Source: a virus
Direction: 5' to 3' (one strand)
IMG/VR virus record: IMGVR_UViG_3300032242_002636
Span: 32,001 to 96,000 of that record
Length of the DNA stretch: 64,000 nt
The notes below the pieces were generated by a model, which worked only from the letters and a program-made list of their open reading frames with translations, was not told where the DNA came from and made no database searches. Shown here piece after piece: positions 10,193-20,201 of this stretch. Both the position numbers and the translations under genes were made by a program. The stretch's first letter is position 1; every line of letters begins with the position of its first letter.

Positions 10193-11311
10193 ATGGAACC
10201 TGTTTATGGAATACATTTAGGATTAGTAGTTAGTAGTTCAACAGATCCAGAAAATAGAAATAGAGTTCAAGTATGGATTCCTTATCTTACCAATACACTT
10301 TATAAATCATTAAATTCAAAATTAACAGATTTAACATTTAAAGGACCAGAAGATTTAAATTTAAAAGATCCTTTAATTTTACAAACCTTACAAAAAATAC
10401 TACCTTGGGCAGAATATGCTGCTCCTTTACTAGGTGGTTCTAGTGGTGTATTCAATACTTCTACAGGAAAAACAGCAACAAATGCAGGTTCTACTATACA
10501 ACAATATAAGAATCCTGATATAACTTTAACAAATATAACATTTAATTTTAATCATCAAGGAGATAAACTAGCAGACACTAAAATACAAAACGGAGCAGGA
10601 TTTGAAGCAGGTACTGCTTCTCCATTTACTGGTACAGCAGGAGGAATAGGAAATAATTGGGCAGGTTCCTTGCCTAAATTACAAGCAATCTTACCACAAA
10701 ATCAAACATATGACCCTTCTAGCCAAAAAAGAGATAGACAAAACACATCTTCTGGTTTTATATCAGATCATTATGCTGGAAATTCATCTGCATATGCTGT
10801 AGATTTAGGATTGAATTCACAATTCAAAAATAGTACACAAGCTGCAACACAAACTGCAATAGATACTGTAAATAACATTAGAACAGCAAATGGACAAACT
10901 CCTATAACATCTTGGAGTCAAGTTCCTAATGGAGTTTATAATGGAACTACTCCAGATGGATTTAGAGTGCAAGTATTATGGCAAACAAATGTAGGAGGAA
11001 ATCATTTTGATCATGTTCATGTAGGTGTTAAAAATATAGGAAGTGGAAATACAAATTCATATGAAACTACTTCCGTAAAAACTCCCACAGAAAAAAGCTC
11101 TGGACCTAATCCAGTTCCTATAATAGATAGATCTGCTGTTGTAGGATCGGTTCCTACTAATATAGGAACACCAGGATCAGCAGTTGGTTCTTTTTCTACA
11201 CCTAATGCAGGATCAAAAGTTTGGGTATTCTTCTTAGGAGGAGATATTCAGCGTCCAGTATATTTTGCTCAATCACCAAATCCTAGTGATATAGCTGCTT
11301 TGACTTCTTAA
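10193..11311 (+). CDS. gp5/VgrG N-terminal OB-fold protein with inserted putative Zn peptidoglycan peptidase domain
   Basis: OB halves GLVV..DPENRNRVQVWIP..LPWA and PNAGSKVWVFFLGGDIQRPVYF flank an insert carrying SDHYAG..AYAVD and HFDHVHV. Confidence 0.75.
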   Translation: MEPVYGIHLGLVVSSSTDPENRNRVQVWIPYLTNTLYKSLNSKLTDLTFKGPEDLNLKDPLILQTLQKILPWAEYAAPLLGGSSGVFNTSTGKTATNAGSTIQQYKNPDITLTNITFNFNHQGDKLADTKIQNGAGFEAGTASPFTGTAGGIGNNWAGSLPKLQAILPQNQTYDPSSQKRDRQNTSSGFISDHYAGNSSAYAVDLGLNSQFKNSTQAATQTAIDTVNNIRTANGQTPITSWSQVPNGVYNGTTPDGFRVQVLWQTNVGGNHFDHVHVGVKNIGSGNTNSYETTSVKTPTEKSSGPNPVPIIDRSAVVGSVPTNIGTPGSAVGSFSTPNAGSKVWVFFLGGDIQRPVYFAQSPNPSDIAALTS

Positions 11312-11320
11312 TAATTAAAA

Positions 11321-11326
11321 TAAATA
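11321..11326 (+). promoter_or_regulatory. Late promoter core TAAATA
   Basis: AATAAATA 6 nt upstream of the ATG at 11333. Confidence 0.5.
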
Positions 11327-11332
11327 AAATAT

Positions 11333-13351
11333 ATGCCATTTTCAAACGAAACTAGTACTAATGCTCAAAAATCTACAACTGCTGTACAAGGACCAGAAAG
11401 CGGTGTTCAATTTGTAGAAAACAAATCAGTAGATCCAAACGGATCACAACTTCTTACTGATAGATGTTTTGCAGCCATACAAAACTCTTGGAAATCATTA
11501 GTTAAAATTTTTCAAGGTAATGTTTTTATAAAAGGACATGGTAATGTTAGTATAAATGCTGGACATGATGTTCATGTAACTGCTCAAAATAAACAAGAAA
11601 CTACATATGGTTCCAATAATACATATAATAGAGGTGGTGGAAATACTGTAAAGGGTGAATTAAGCAAAGAACATAGTAAACAAGTAGACGAATATACACA
11701 ACACTTAGAATCCATTGATAAAGCAAAAATGGATGCAATGAAAGCAACAAAAGCAGAAAAAGTTGTATGCGCTAATTGTAATCAAGTTCACTTGGTGGAT
11801 GATAAAAGTGATAATTGGAGTATTATTTTAGATGAAGTAAGAAAAAAGATAGATGGGATGCCGTATCTACAAGGTCCTTTTTCTGTTTTAAGATGGTTGG
11901 TTCAAAAGGTTTATGTAGCATTACATGGCACTAAAAGTAATATAGATCTTAATATGGGAAAAGGGTGCGGACCCGGATGTGATGCTGGACTTAGAGACGG
12001 ATTATCTTTAAAATTTCAAGCTGGTGAGGAGGCTGCTAAGAAAGAAATGGAAAGATTGTCCGAAACAATGAATAAACTTACAGCAAATATGCCTAGTAAT
12101 TCTTCTGGTGCAGAAGTACATGCACTAGGATATGCTTTTGTATTTGGACAACCATCTGTTCCTAAAAATGTTCCATATCAGAATCATGGTGATTATCATC
12201 AATTAGCAATGAATCTTAGAGTTTCTGATGCTCTTAGAAATAAATTAAGAGTAACAACAGAAGGAAATTGCAAAAGAATAGTTTATCACCCACCCGAAAG
12301 TTCACCTTTTGGTAATTTATTAATTAATATACAAAATAATTTTAAAATTACATCAGGTAATAATGGTATGGATTTTATTTCTACTGGAGAAATTGCAATA
12401 AAAGGAGGTTCTGTTCATATTAATGGAAGTCAGGGAGAAGTTTCTTTAACCTCTGGAAATCTTACTACTATTGGTGGTGCAAACGTTTTAATATCTGCTG
12501 ATAATAAATCAGGAGAATCGGGTGTCCATATAGATTCTAAACGCACTTATATAGGAGGTTCATTTAACGTAAACGGAGATTCTGCAATGTTAGGTTCATT
12601 AAGAGTCGATGGTGCTTTATCTGTAGATTATATTAATTGTCCTACTATGGCTGCGCCATCAACTATAAATGGTAATGATAATTTTGTAACTCATCATTCA
12701 AATTGGCAATATGTAGCAGGTGGTCTAAATGGTGCTAATCTTGCTTTAAAATTGGGAACAAAATTTGCATTACAACCTTGGATGTTAATGTTACCAACTG
12801 GTATATTAGAATTGTTTTTAGAACATTACAACATTGCAATGATGTCTCTTCCTATAGAAATTCTTCCTACTGGTGTATTTTGGGGCTATAGTTGGGGAGT
12901 AGGAGTAGGAACCTGTGCTGGTTGGATTTGGAATTATCCACACAATCATACAAGAACACCTGAAGAACATGGACATGAAACACCAGTTCCTAATGGAGGA
13001 TATTGGAGAAAATCATCTGGAGCAGGACAAGCAAATACTGCTGGTAATCCTGCACCTACTCCTATACCAACAAGCGGTACATATCCAAAACCCGGACCTA
13101 GAACGTGGGGAGGTGGTTGTGGTGGTGGTGGTTTATATTCTAAGGTTCGTAATCAAAAATACGGAATCAATAGTGATGATGCATTTAACGGAGGAAATTA
13201 TGTAACAACTACTGTAGTTAGAAATGCGGATGGTTCTATATACCCAACACCTGATTTAACTTATAGATATGTTAAAGACAATGGTTCTAATGCCACTGTA
13301 GATACTAATACAGGTACTGTATCATATCCTCTCACAGGTATTAACTGTTAA
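11333..13351 (+). CDS. Baseplate central spike, gp5 C-terminal-like (beta-helix)
   Basis: Short Gly-containing beta repeats (GEIAIKGGSVHING, GSFNVNGD..GSLRVDGAL) and HxH motifs (HNHT, HGHE) near the C-terminus. Follows the OB-fold gene. Confidence 0.6.
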   Translation: MPFSNETSTNAQKSTTAVQGPESGVQFVENKSVDPNGSQLLTDRCFAAIQNSWKSLVKIFQGNVFIKGHGNVSINAGHDVHVTAQNKQETTYGSNNTYNRGGGNTVKGELSKEHSKQVDEYTQHLESIDKAKMDAMKATKAEKVVCANCNQVHLVDDKSDNWSIILDEVRKKIDGMPYLQGPFSVLRWLVQKVYVALHGTKSNIDLNMGKGCGPGCDAGLRDGLSLKFQAGEEAAKKEMERLSETMNKLTANMPSNSSGAEVHALGYAFVFGQPSVPKNVPYQNHGDYHQLAMNLRVSDALRNKLRVTTEGNCKRIVYHPPESSPFGNLLINIQNNFKITSGNNGMDFISTGEIAIKGGSVHINGSQGEVSLTSGNLTTIGGANVLISADNKSGESGVHIDSKRTYIGGSFNVNGDSAMLGSLRVDGALSVDYINCPTMAAPSTINGNDNFVTHHSNWQYVAGGLNGANLALKLGTKFALQPWMLMLPTGILELFLEHYNIAMMSLPIEILPTGVFWGYSWGVGVGTCAGWIWNYPHNHTRTPEEHGHETPVPNGGYWRKSSGAGQANTAGNPAPTPIPTSGTYPKPGPRTWGGGCGGGGLYSKVRNQKYGINSDDAFNGGNYVTTTVVRNADGSIYPTPDLTYRYVKDNGSNATVDTNTGTVSYPLTGINC

Positions 13352-14076
13352 GAAGATTGATTGAAAATCATAGGAGTACTTTTTAATAAAGCTAAAAAGT
13401 CTTTAGGCTCATCAGTAGTATCTATGATATTATTATCGTTTACATCACTTTCTGTTAAAGGAATTTGTAAAGAAGATGAAATATAATTCTTTTGATCATA
13501 GAAATATTTAAAATATACATTAGAACTATTTGCTTTTTTTAACTTTATTACAAATTGATTAACAAAAAGCATATCATATAAAATAGCAGTCCATCCATTG
13601 TTTAAATAATTAACATTTAAAAAATTAACAAAAGCATCTGCTTCTGCTATTAATGCATTATTGAAAGATGTTTTAGTAAATTCTTCAACTTCTTTAGGTT
13701 TAATAACTTCAATATTAACTCCGGGTTTACAATTAACAGAAGCCTTTACAATAGGATTTCCATCACTATCACATATATAGTTATTAATAATTTGACAACC
13801 TCCTGCATCTACTACTTCTTGATATGCTAATTGACGAGGAAGAAATGTATCAAACATAGCTTTTGTTGCTACATTTAAAGGATATCTAGGATCTCCTGAT
13901 CCTTTAAAATTATCAGGATCAAATGGATATGTTGGAATATCTATAGGATTATTTCTAACCCATCCATCCCATGAATCATTTCCTGCTGCATTTGCCATAT
14001 CAGATACAAATTGTTTGGCATTAAATTTAAGAGGATCTGCTGTAGCAGAGGGCCAACTTGTTGATAAATTATTCAT
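13348..14076 (-). CDS. Hypothetical protein
   Basis: 242-aa ORF at the end of the minus-strand operon. Confidence 0.6.
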   Translation of the reverse strand: MNNLSTSWPSATADPLKFNAKQFVSDMANAAGNDSWDGWVRNNPIDIPTYPFDPDNFKGSGDPRYPLNVATKAMFDTFLPRQLAYQEVVDAGGCQIINNYICDSDGNPIVKASVNCKPGVNIEVIKPKEVEEFTKTSFNNALIAEADAFVNFLNVNYLNNGWTAILYDMLFVNQFVIKLKKANSSNVYFKYFYDQKNYISSSLQIPLTESDVNDNNIIDTTDEPKDFLALLKSTPMIFNQSS

Positions 14077-14080
14077 ATAA

Positions 14081-14485
14081 TTAATTATCCTCCTCGTCTA
14101 TATCTAGGAAGTTTTCATGCTGCTGCTTAAGGAATATTGTCTTAAGAAATTCCATCATAGCATCACGATCTTTGGCATTTTTAAAGTGCTGAATTATGGT
14201 TCTATCTCCTTGTGTACTATATCCAAAAAGAATATAAGCATCCAGATATTCAGTTATAATTGACTTCAGAATATTTAAATCCCTCATGACAATCTTATTG
14301 TCTTGATAATTTTTCTTAAGCCAAATATCTAAAGCCTTTTCTAGCTCTAGGTTATTAAGAGAAGAAAATACCTTTTCCCTAATCTCCCCTAAAGAAGGTT
14401 CTTCTATAGGAGCTTGTAATCCTGTGGAGGATAGAGAAGGGACAGAAGTATTTTTCTTTATTGTTCTTTTTTTAGGCTCCGACAT
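14081..14485 (-). CDS. Hypothetical protein
   Basis: Start moved to MSEPKK (ATG at 14485) to avoid a long overlap with the 14472-14795 ORF. Confidence 0.6.
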   Translation of the reverse strand: MSEPKKRTIKKNTSVPSLSSTGLQAPIEEPSLGEIREKVFSSLNNLELEKALDIWLKKNYQDNKIVMRDLNILKSIITEYLDAYILFGYSTQGDRTIIQHFKNAKDRDAMMEFLKTIFLKQQHENFLDIDEEDN

Positions 14486-14795
14486 AAGTTGAGGCTTTGT
14501 TATTAATGCCAAACTTAACAAGGTATTCAATAACAACCTCAATGGAGCTAGTCTTGATCTTAAAACGATCTGGAATGAACTGTCCTCCGTCATGCAGTTC
14601 GAAGTATTCCTCACCCATTTCATTATGATTATTATAACAAGTGATGATTACCGATGCTACATTAGGATCTACTACTACAGTCCAACTACGAGGATCTGTA
14701 TAAGCATATTCACCGAATAGTTTATCTACTACATAACCGCTGTCACGAAGACGCTTAATAAAGTAGCTGCATGTTGTTATTTTATTCTTTGACAT
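14472..14795 (-). CDS. Hypothetical protein
   Basis: 107-aa ORF preceded by AATAAATA on the minus strand. Confidence 0.6.
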   Translation of the reverse strand: MSKNKITTCSYFIKRLRDSGYVVDKLFGEYAYTDPRSWTVVVDPNVASVIITCYNNHNEMGEEYFELHDGGQFIPDRFKIKTSSIEVVIEYLVKFGINNKASTYVGA

Positions 14796-14820
14796 ATCGT
14801 TTTTATTTATTGAAATGTTT

Positions 14821-15573
14821 TTATTTTACAAGTGCAGAAACAATATACTTTAATTCAACATCACTATCATCTTTATTCTGAAATACAAATACTTTATACT
14901 GATTATTGATCTTTACCTTTACATCATTGCGACATGTAGCAAGATTCTTGAATACTTCAGTATTAATAGGAAGTGCTTCAGGAATTGGTTGACCATCAAA
15001 TTCTTCAGATATTTTTAAAGTAATATTATCAACATTCTGTAGTGTATGATCATTAATTTCAGCACATATTCTTCCTTCACTGGTATAGAAATAAATCTTA
15101 GTAAGATCGGATGCAAATGCATATCCAGCCATGATTTGTTTGAGTTTTGCAGTTGTTATAGAAAATTCTGTATCAAAGTTTAATTGTGCAATTTTACTGA
15201 TATTAACAGGACATTCCCTAACAACAGTATCATCAACAAGATGATATTTAAAATGAGTATTTTCATTATCAGGAGCTTTATTAAGACACTTGATGTTATT
15301 ATGATTTAATTCTATAGAAAATTCACCATTGTCACCCAAGCATTCAAGACCAGATAAAAGCTTCTTGATACTAATAATGTTCAGTCTGATAGGCTTTTCA
15401 ATCTTAAGAGGAAGTTTAATCCTAGCATATAAGATTACTGTATTATCAGGTGATGAACAGATAGTATAAAGACCTTCTGTATCAGTCTTTAATACACAAC
15501 TCTCTGAGAGTCTGTTTACAGGCTTCAAAAGCTTTTCTAAAAAAACCTTTGGGATAGGGATTAATTCACTCAT
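14821..15573 (-). CDS. DNA sliding clamp (gp45-like)
   Basis: 250 aa with two repeated alpha/beta clamp domains and C-terminal LKYIVSAL. Replication context. Confidence 0.65.
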   Translation of the reverse strand: MSELIPIPKVFLEKLLKPVNRLSESCVLKTDTEGLYTICSSPDNTVILYARIKLPLKIEKPIRLNIISIKKLLSGLECLGDNGEFSIELNHNNIKCLNKAPDNENTHFKYHLVDDTVVRECPVNISKIAQLNFDTEFSITTAKLKQIMAGYAFASDLTKIYFYTSEGRICAEINDHTLQNVDNITLKISEEFDGQPIPEALPINTEVFKNLATCRNDVKVKINNQYKVFVFQNKDDSDVELKYIVSALVK

Positions 15574-16027
15574 ATTTGGTTAGTTTGCTATTTTGAAGTA
15601 ATTTTAGCATACCAGCCAATGTTTTGTCGATATTTTTTAGAGAATTTCTGATACTATCCACATCACTGCGACTAATCAATACCTCTCCACTATCCTTTCT
15701 AATCTTTAAAGGAGCCTGTGGGTGCGCTACAGACGCAGGGAGAGGCGTTCCTACTAATGGAGCATGAGCATTGATGGGTTCTGGAATCGACTGCAAAGCC
15801 AATTCATTAACACCTTCATAAGCTTTTCTCACATCAGCAGGAACTTCTGCCTCAAAAGAAGTTTTTTGAATCTGCTGTCCAACAAGAGGAGCAACAAAAT
15901 TCTGCATATTGATTTTGTTTGCACTATTATTAGAACGCTCGACAGTTAATGAATCCACACCGCTTAAGTGTGAACCAACCATTCTGGCAAGCATTGCTGC
16001 TTCAATAACTTCTTCTCTATTCTGCAT
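15566..16027 (-). CDS. Hypothetical protein
   Basis: ORF between gp32 and the clamp, with a C-terminal coiled-coil. Confidence 0.55.
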   Translation of the reverse strand: MQNREEVIEAAMLARMVGSHLSGVDSLTVERSNNSANKINMQNFVAPLVGQQIQKTSFEAEVPADVRKAYEGVNELALQSIPEPINAHAPLVGTPLPASVAHPQAPLKIRKDSGEVLISRSDVDSIRNSLKNIDKTLAGMLKLLQNSKLTKYE

Positions 16028-16028
16028 T

Positions 16029-16889
16029 TTAGAGATCCTTCAGGATATCTTGGATTCTATCGTCCTGTGCTTGTGCTTCTGTAAGCTCTTCCTTCTCAGA
16101 AGAAACAGAAGATGTCTTGTTGACGATGGGAGCAACGTACTCCTCTTCTTCCTTATAAGAAGTAGGAACAGAAGTCTCAGAAACTTCCTCACCCAAGAAG
16201 TGAACCTTCAGCATCTTGGAGATTTCGTCTCTAGTCTTGTGTTCAAAGACACCATCAAGATCCTTTGCAGATGCATAGATCTCTTCGACATTATCAACAC
16301 CTTCCAGTGCTGAAGGAGACATGAACTTAGAAGCTGTGTAGGTAGGATAACCACCTTCATTCGACTCTACCTTAATACGAAGACTGCATCCCTTCTCAGA
16401 AAGATCAAAGATCTTGGAACCAAACTCTTCAGCATCATCACCATTTATGGCTTCAGAAATAATCTTGAAGAGTTGCTTACCAAAGCGAAGAACCTTGGTC
16501 TGTCCCTGATTATCGGGATTGGTAGGATCTTTAACAACATAAGCGTTGCAAAGCCAACTTTCGTTTCTCTTCAGAGGCTTGATGCGCTCAATCTCACCTT
16601 CATTCTTGGTGTTATAAATCTTGGAACGATACTCATCAATAGGGCATCCCTCTCCATATGTATTAGGACAGAGGACAGAAACCAACTGATTAGTGATGAC
16701 ACTCTTCCAGATATGATGGAAATAGTGGAATAGAGTTCTCTCTGGATTCTCAAGATTTGGAATCAGACGAACTACATATGTATTTCCGATCTCAAGCTTC
16801 ATGAAATCACGATAGCCAGCATTATCGGAGGTTGTCTTCTTGTTAAGAGCCTCTTTAATAGACTCGAATAGGTTGTTTGTATACTTCAT
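16029..16889 (-). CDS. Single-stranded DNA-binding protein gp32
   Basis: VVRLIP, H-C-C Zn-type motif (H..W...LCP.TYGEGCPI), YVVKDPTNPDNQG..K..RFGK and an acidic C-terminal tail. Confidence 0.92.
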   Translation of the reverse strand: MKYTNNLFESIKEALNKKTTSDNAGYRDFMKLEIGNTYVVRLIPNLENPERTLFHYFHHIWKSVITNQLVSVLCPNTYGEGCPIDEYRSKIYNTKNEGEIERIKPLKRNESWLCNAYVVKDPTNPDNQGQTKVLRFGKQLFKIISEAINGDDAEEFGSKIFDLSEKGCSLRIKVESNEGGYPTYTASKFMSPSALEGVDNVEEIYASAKDLDGVFEHKTRDEISKMLKVHFLGEEVSETSVPTSYKEEEEYVAPIVNKTSSVSSEKEELTEAQAQDDRIQDILKDL

Positions 16890-16967
16890 AATTTAGTTTT
16901 GTTTGTTTTTGTTTGTTTTTGTTTTCTATGCTTCTAATATAATAGCTCAAACTGACGCAGTTTGCAA
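16890..16967 (-). promoter_or_regulatory. Gene 32 sigma70 promoter (TTGCAA-17-TATTAT) with unstructured (AAAAC)n leader
   Basis: -35 at 16962-16967, -10 at 16939-16944. The leader reads AAAACAAAAACAAACAAAAACAAACAAAACTAAATT-ATG. Confidence 0.7.
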
Positions 16968-17603
16968 CTCTTTTTTTAGAAATTCTTTTATTTTCTTAAT
17001 AGCCTCTTTTACAAGAGTTTTTGTCTTTTCACTAGTATAGTAGCGTGTTTTATAAGAATCAATTCGATCAAAAAAGTCACCAGACCAGATTATTCTTTCC
17101 TCTTCATTCATCATTCTAAATCGATCTAGATTACCAAGACCAATCAAAGCATAAGGATTTACATTATGCTCTCTATAATGCTGCATCCATGTAGGCATTG
17201 ATCTGATTTTATGGTTTAAATAGTCATCAAGCTGTATTCTATTTTTTAAACAGAACATAGCAATGTAGTGAAAACTCTCTTTGATTTTATCCAATTGCTT
17301 TTCAGGAGACTCGTCTTCTCTTTTCTTCATAGCAAGAGAATATGCTCTGATTGCTGGTCTAGTTATAAAGAATTGGATAGGGGGACAATCTTCGTCTGGA
17401 TGTAGCTCTCTAGGTGCTCCAAAAAAATCATCAGGAGTTATATGAGGAAACTTTGAGAAAAATGCATTTAGTTTACGCAGTTGAACTACCAGAGTAGGAC
17501 TTATGTTTGAGAAGTCCTTTCTAGGTTGATACGGTAGTCCATTACGGAAATACTTTAAGAAACAATTGTATATGTTCTTTTCTTGCTGTGAAATATTGCT
17601 CAA
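16947..17603 (-). CDS. Putative helicase loader (gp59-like)
   Basis: Size (218 aa), helical and basic composition, and position immediately upstream of gp32 as in T4. Sequence evidence is weak. Confidence 0.4.
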   Translation of the reverse strand: MSNISQQEKNIYNCFLKYFRNGLPYQPRKDFSNISPTLVVQLRKLNAFFSKFPHITPDDFFGAPRELHPDEDCPPIQFFITRPAIRAYSLAMKKREDESPEKQLDKIKESFHYIAMFCLKNRIQLDDYLNHKIRSMPTWMQHYREHNVNPYALIGLGNLDRFRMMNEEERIIWSGDFFDRIDSYKTRYYTSEKTKTLVKEAIKKIKEFLKKELQTASV

Positions 17604-17908
17604 GGATTGTCGGAAGTTTTTTTGTTAAGTTTTGATCTGAAAATTTTCTTATAGATATTGGGTGTGCTACTAAGATAAGCCTTTATTACGTTTTGTAAAT
17701 TATTTTCTCCTAAAAGTTCAAAATAAATTTTCTGTGTCTTCTTATCTTCTATCAGGAACTTTAAGAAGTTCAAGAAATTAAATTTCTTTTTTCTGGATAT
17801 ACAGACAAAAGAACCGAATTTAAGAGTAATATCCTCAAATTCGGATAAATCAAATACGTTTGATGGGTTTACGATTTCTTCTACTTGTTGTGTGGATGTG
17901 ATGATCAT
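17600..17908 (-). CDS. Hypothetical protein
   Basis: 102-aa ORF overlapping both neighbours by 4 nt. Confidence 0.55.
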   Translation of the reverse strand: MIITSTQQVEEIVNPSNVFDLSEFEDITLKFGSFVCISRKKKFNFLNFLKFLIEDKKTQKIYFELLGENNLQNVIKAYLSSTPNIYKKIFRSKLNKKTSDNP

Positions 17909-18792
17909 AGTGGTTTTAAATTCTTTGTTATCTCCATGAATATAGGAGTTATCTTTCCTGCTGAAGCATTCGGATGTCCTCCTCCTTCACAGACTTTTTC
18001 AGCAAAAGCACCACAATCAATAGGATTTTCTTGGGTGCATTGTCTTATGGAAACTTTTTCATTCTTTACATTGATAAAGAAAAATAGGTCAGGAGAATAC
18101 TTTTTAATCAGAATCTCCATAACCTGTGGAACTATACGTTCTACCATAGCCGCACAGGTTTTTTTTACCTTTCCACCGATGTTTATCTCACCATAATAGA
18201 CAGGAATCTTTGATGCTTCATCAGCTGCTTCTTTTTTAATAAAGGCTATGGCTCTCTTTTGCTTATCGGTAAATGGTTTCCATCCATTATAGTAATCTTT
18301 TATGAAATCAGAGAATCTATTCTGATATTCACTCCAGAATAAAATATTCAGATCATATGAATAAGGAATCTGTAACTTATAAGAATCAAAGTCATCAATG
18401 ATGGCAACAAGTGTTTTCTGTGCTTCTGTTGCTGTGATGGTTTCTTTGAATAATTTATAGGTTAAAAGTGTATTTGATGAATATTCCTTGTATAAGATTT
18501 TAGCCTTTTTAAACTTTTCTACAAAGGTTTCAGAAGATTTATGATGGTCTATGAATGTTATATGTGACTGATCAAGTTCAGGTAGAAATTCTTCCCTTAA
18601 ACCCAAATCTAACACAAAAGTCTCTGATGGATTATGAGTATTTGTAATCTCCCTTTTCAGTTTTGGGATCTCCATATTAGAAATAGGAGTATACTGAAAT
18701 GAGTCTTCCTGTGGTTTGCTCCACATATAAGCCAGAATACTTCCTGCTCCGTCTAGATCATTGTGAGAGAATAAATGGTGACATTTTGCCAT
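17905..18792 (-). CDS. DHH/DHHA1 phosphoesterase (NrnA/RecJ superfamily)
   Basis: HNDLDG, LDL, IDHH and GGGH..ASAG motifs. Confidence 0.88.
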   Translation of the reverse strand: MAKCHHLFSHNDLDGAGSILAYMWSKPQEDSFQYTPISNMEIPKLKREITNTHNPSETFVLDLGLREEFLPELDQSHITFIDHHKSSETFVEKFKKAKILYKEYSSNTLLTYKLFKETITATEAQKTLVAIIDDFDSYKLQIPYSYDLNILFWSEYQNRFSDFIKDYYNGWKPFTDKQKRAIAFIKKEAADEASKIPVYYGEINIGGKVKKTCAAMVERIVPQVMEILIKKYSPDLFFFINVKNEKVSIRQCTQENPIDCGAFAEKVCEGGGHPNASAGKITPIFMEITKNLKPL

Positions 18793-18818
18793 ATGGTGTA
18801 CTATTTACAGAGATACTA

Positions 18819-20201
18819 TTAATTGTCATCTGTACTATCTAAATTTTCAATTGCATTAAGAGTATCTGCTATACTATTACTTTTACCATTTTTGAACTTA
18901 TCGGACACAAACATCAAAGATACGTTATCAGGATCTTTGATACTGAGAGTGGGATAATCAATCTCCAAAACAGTGTTACAATCTTTTCTACCGAATCGGT
19001 TCTTCGTGATACCAAGATGGATTATACCAGCATCAAAATCACCATCTTCAGACCAAATAGAGAATTGAGCATCAGCAGTATGAGCAAGACCCATAGATTC
19101 ACTCATCGTTTCTAGACCCGGATTTGCTTCTCCATAAGCACTTCTGTTGGTTTGAGTGGCACTAATCACAGGACACTCAAAATGATATGACATGGCTCTT
19201 ACATGCTCCGTAACAGCCTTAACAGACTCATATGAATTCTTACCTTTCTCAGGTGGAGCAATAAGATTTAGATAGTCGATAACAATTACATCTGGCTTGA
19301 TTCCCTTTCTTACCAATTTGTCTATATATGCCTTAATATGAGCAGGAGTTACTGTCTGTGGAGGAAATTCCTTAACAATAAGCTTTGCTTCACTATGCTT
19401 TGCTTTATAGGAATTTACTTGCTTCTTAAGTGGTTCAATATTAAAAGGCAATTCCTTCTGTGCAATGTTAGAAAACAAGGAACTCATTCGCTTTGAGTAA
19501 ACTTGTTCTGACATTTCCAAAGAGATCAAAACTACTGTTTTATTTTGATTAAGAATATTAGCAGCTATGTTACCCAAAAAGATAGATTTTCCTGAATTTG
19601 TCGTTCCATAGAATACATATAATGCCCTTCCATCAGAAAGGAATCCACCACCAATATGATCATCAAGCCATTTCCAACCAGTAGAAAGTGTTTTGGTAAT
19701 CTTTAAGAGTTCTTTACAATGCTCATCAATATTCTCAAAGTAATCAAATCCGATATTATCAATAAGAGAAATTCCACATGCCTTTTCAAAATCTTCAAGA
19801 ATCTGAGTCGTATTGATAGTTCCAGATTGGACATCGACCGATGTTTTTAGAACAGTATTATAAACTGCTTTCTCTTTCAAGAATCTTTCTGTATTCTTGA
19901 GAAGAACATCTCTGTCATAAGTTTTGTCAATATCAGCAAAACTAAGAGCAACATTTCTAAGTGCCAGTTTTCTTTCAGGTTCTACTAAATGTGCTTTAAG
20001 TTCTGTGATATTTGGTACTTTTCCATGAGCATAAAAATATTGATGAAGAGTCTCAAATACAATTCTAATGTCTTTGTTTTTAAAGTATGAAGGTTTTGCA
20101 TACTCTATAATACTTTCTAGATAGATAGAATCAAAAATAGCATTATAGATCATCATCCTCTCAAAGAGGTCGAAGTCTAAAGGGAGAGTATTTTTTACCA
20201 T
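18819..20201 (-). CDS. Replicative DnaB-like helicase gp41
   Basis: GTTNSGKS, ISLEMSE, VIDYLNL, SATQTNR and KNRFG motifs. Confidence 0.93.
   Translation of the reverse strand: MVKNTLPLDFDLFERMMIYNAIFDSIYLESIIEYAKPSYFKNKDIRIVFETLHQYFYAHGKVPNITELKAHLVEPERKLALRNVALSFADIDKTYDRDVLLKNTERFLKEKAVYNTVLKTSVDVQSGTINTTQILEDFEKACGISLIDNIGFDYFENIDEHCKELLKITKTLSTGWKWLDDHIGGGFLSDGRALYVFYGTTNSGKSIFLGNIAANILNQNKTVVLISLEMSEQVYSKRMSSLFSNIAQKELPFNIEPLKKQVNSYKAKHSEAKLIVKEFPPQTVTPAHIKAYIDKLVRKGIKPDVIVIDYLNLIAPPEKGKNSYESVKAVTEHVRAMSYHFECPVISATQTNRSAYGEANPGLETMSESMGLAHTADAQFSIWSEDGDFDAGIIHLGITKNRFGRKDCNTVLEIDYPTLSIKDPDNVSLMFVSDKFKNGKSNSIADTLNAIENLDSTDDN

Noticed and set aside
15909-16733. Plus-strand ORFs opposite gp32, and similar short antisense ORFs across the window
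   Set aside because: They are antisense to well-supported genes and have no motifs or expression signals.
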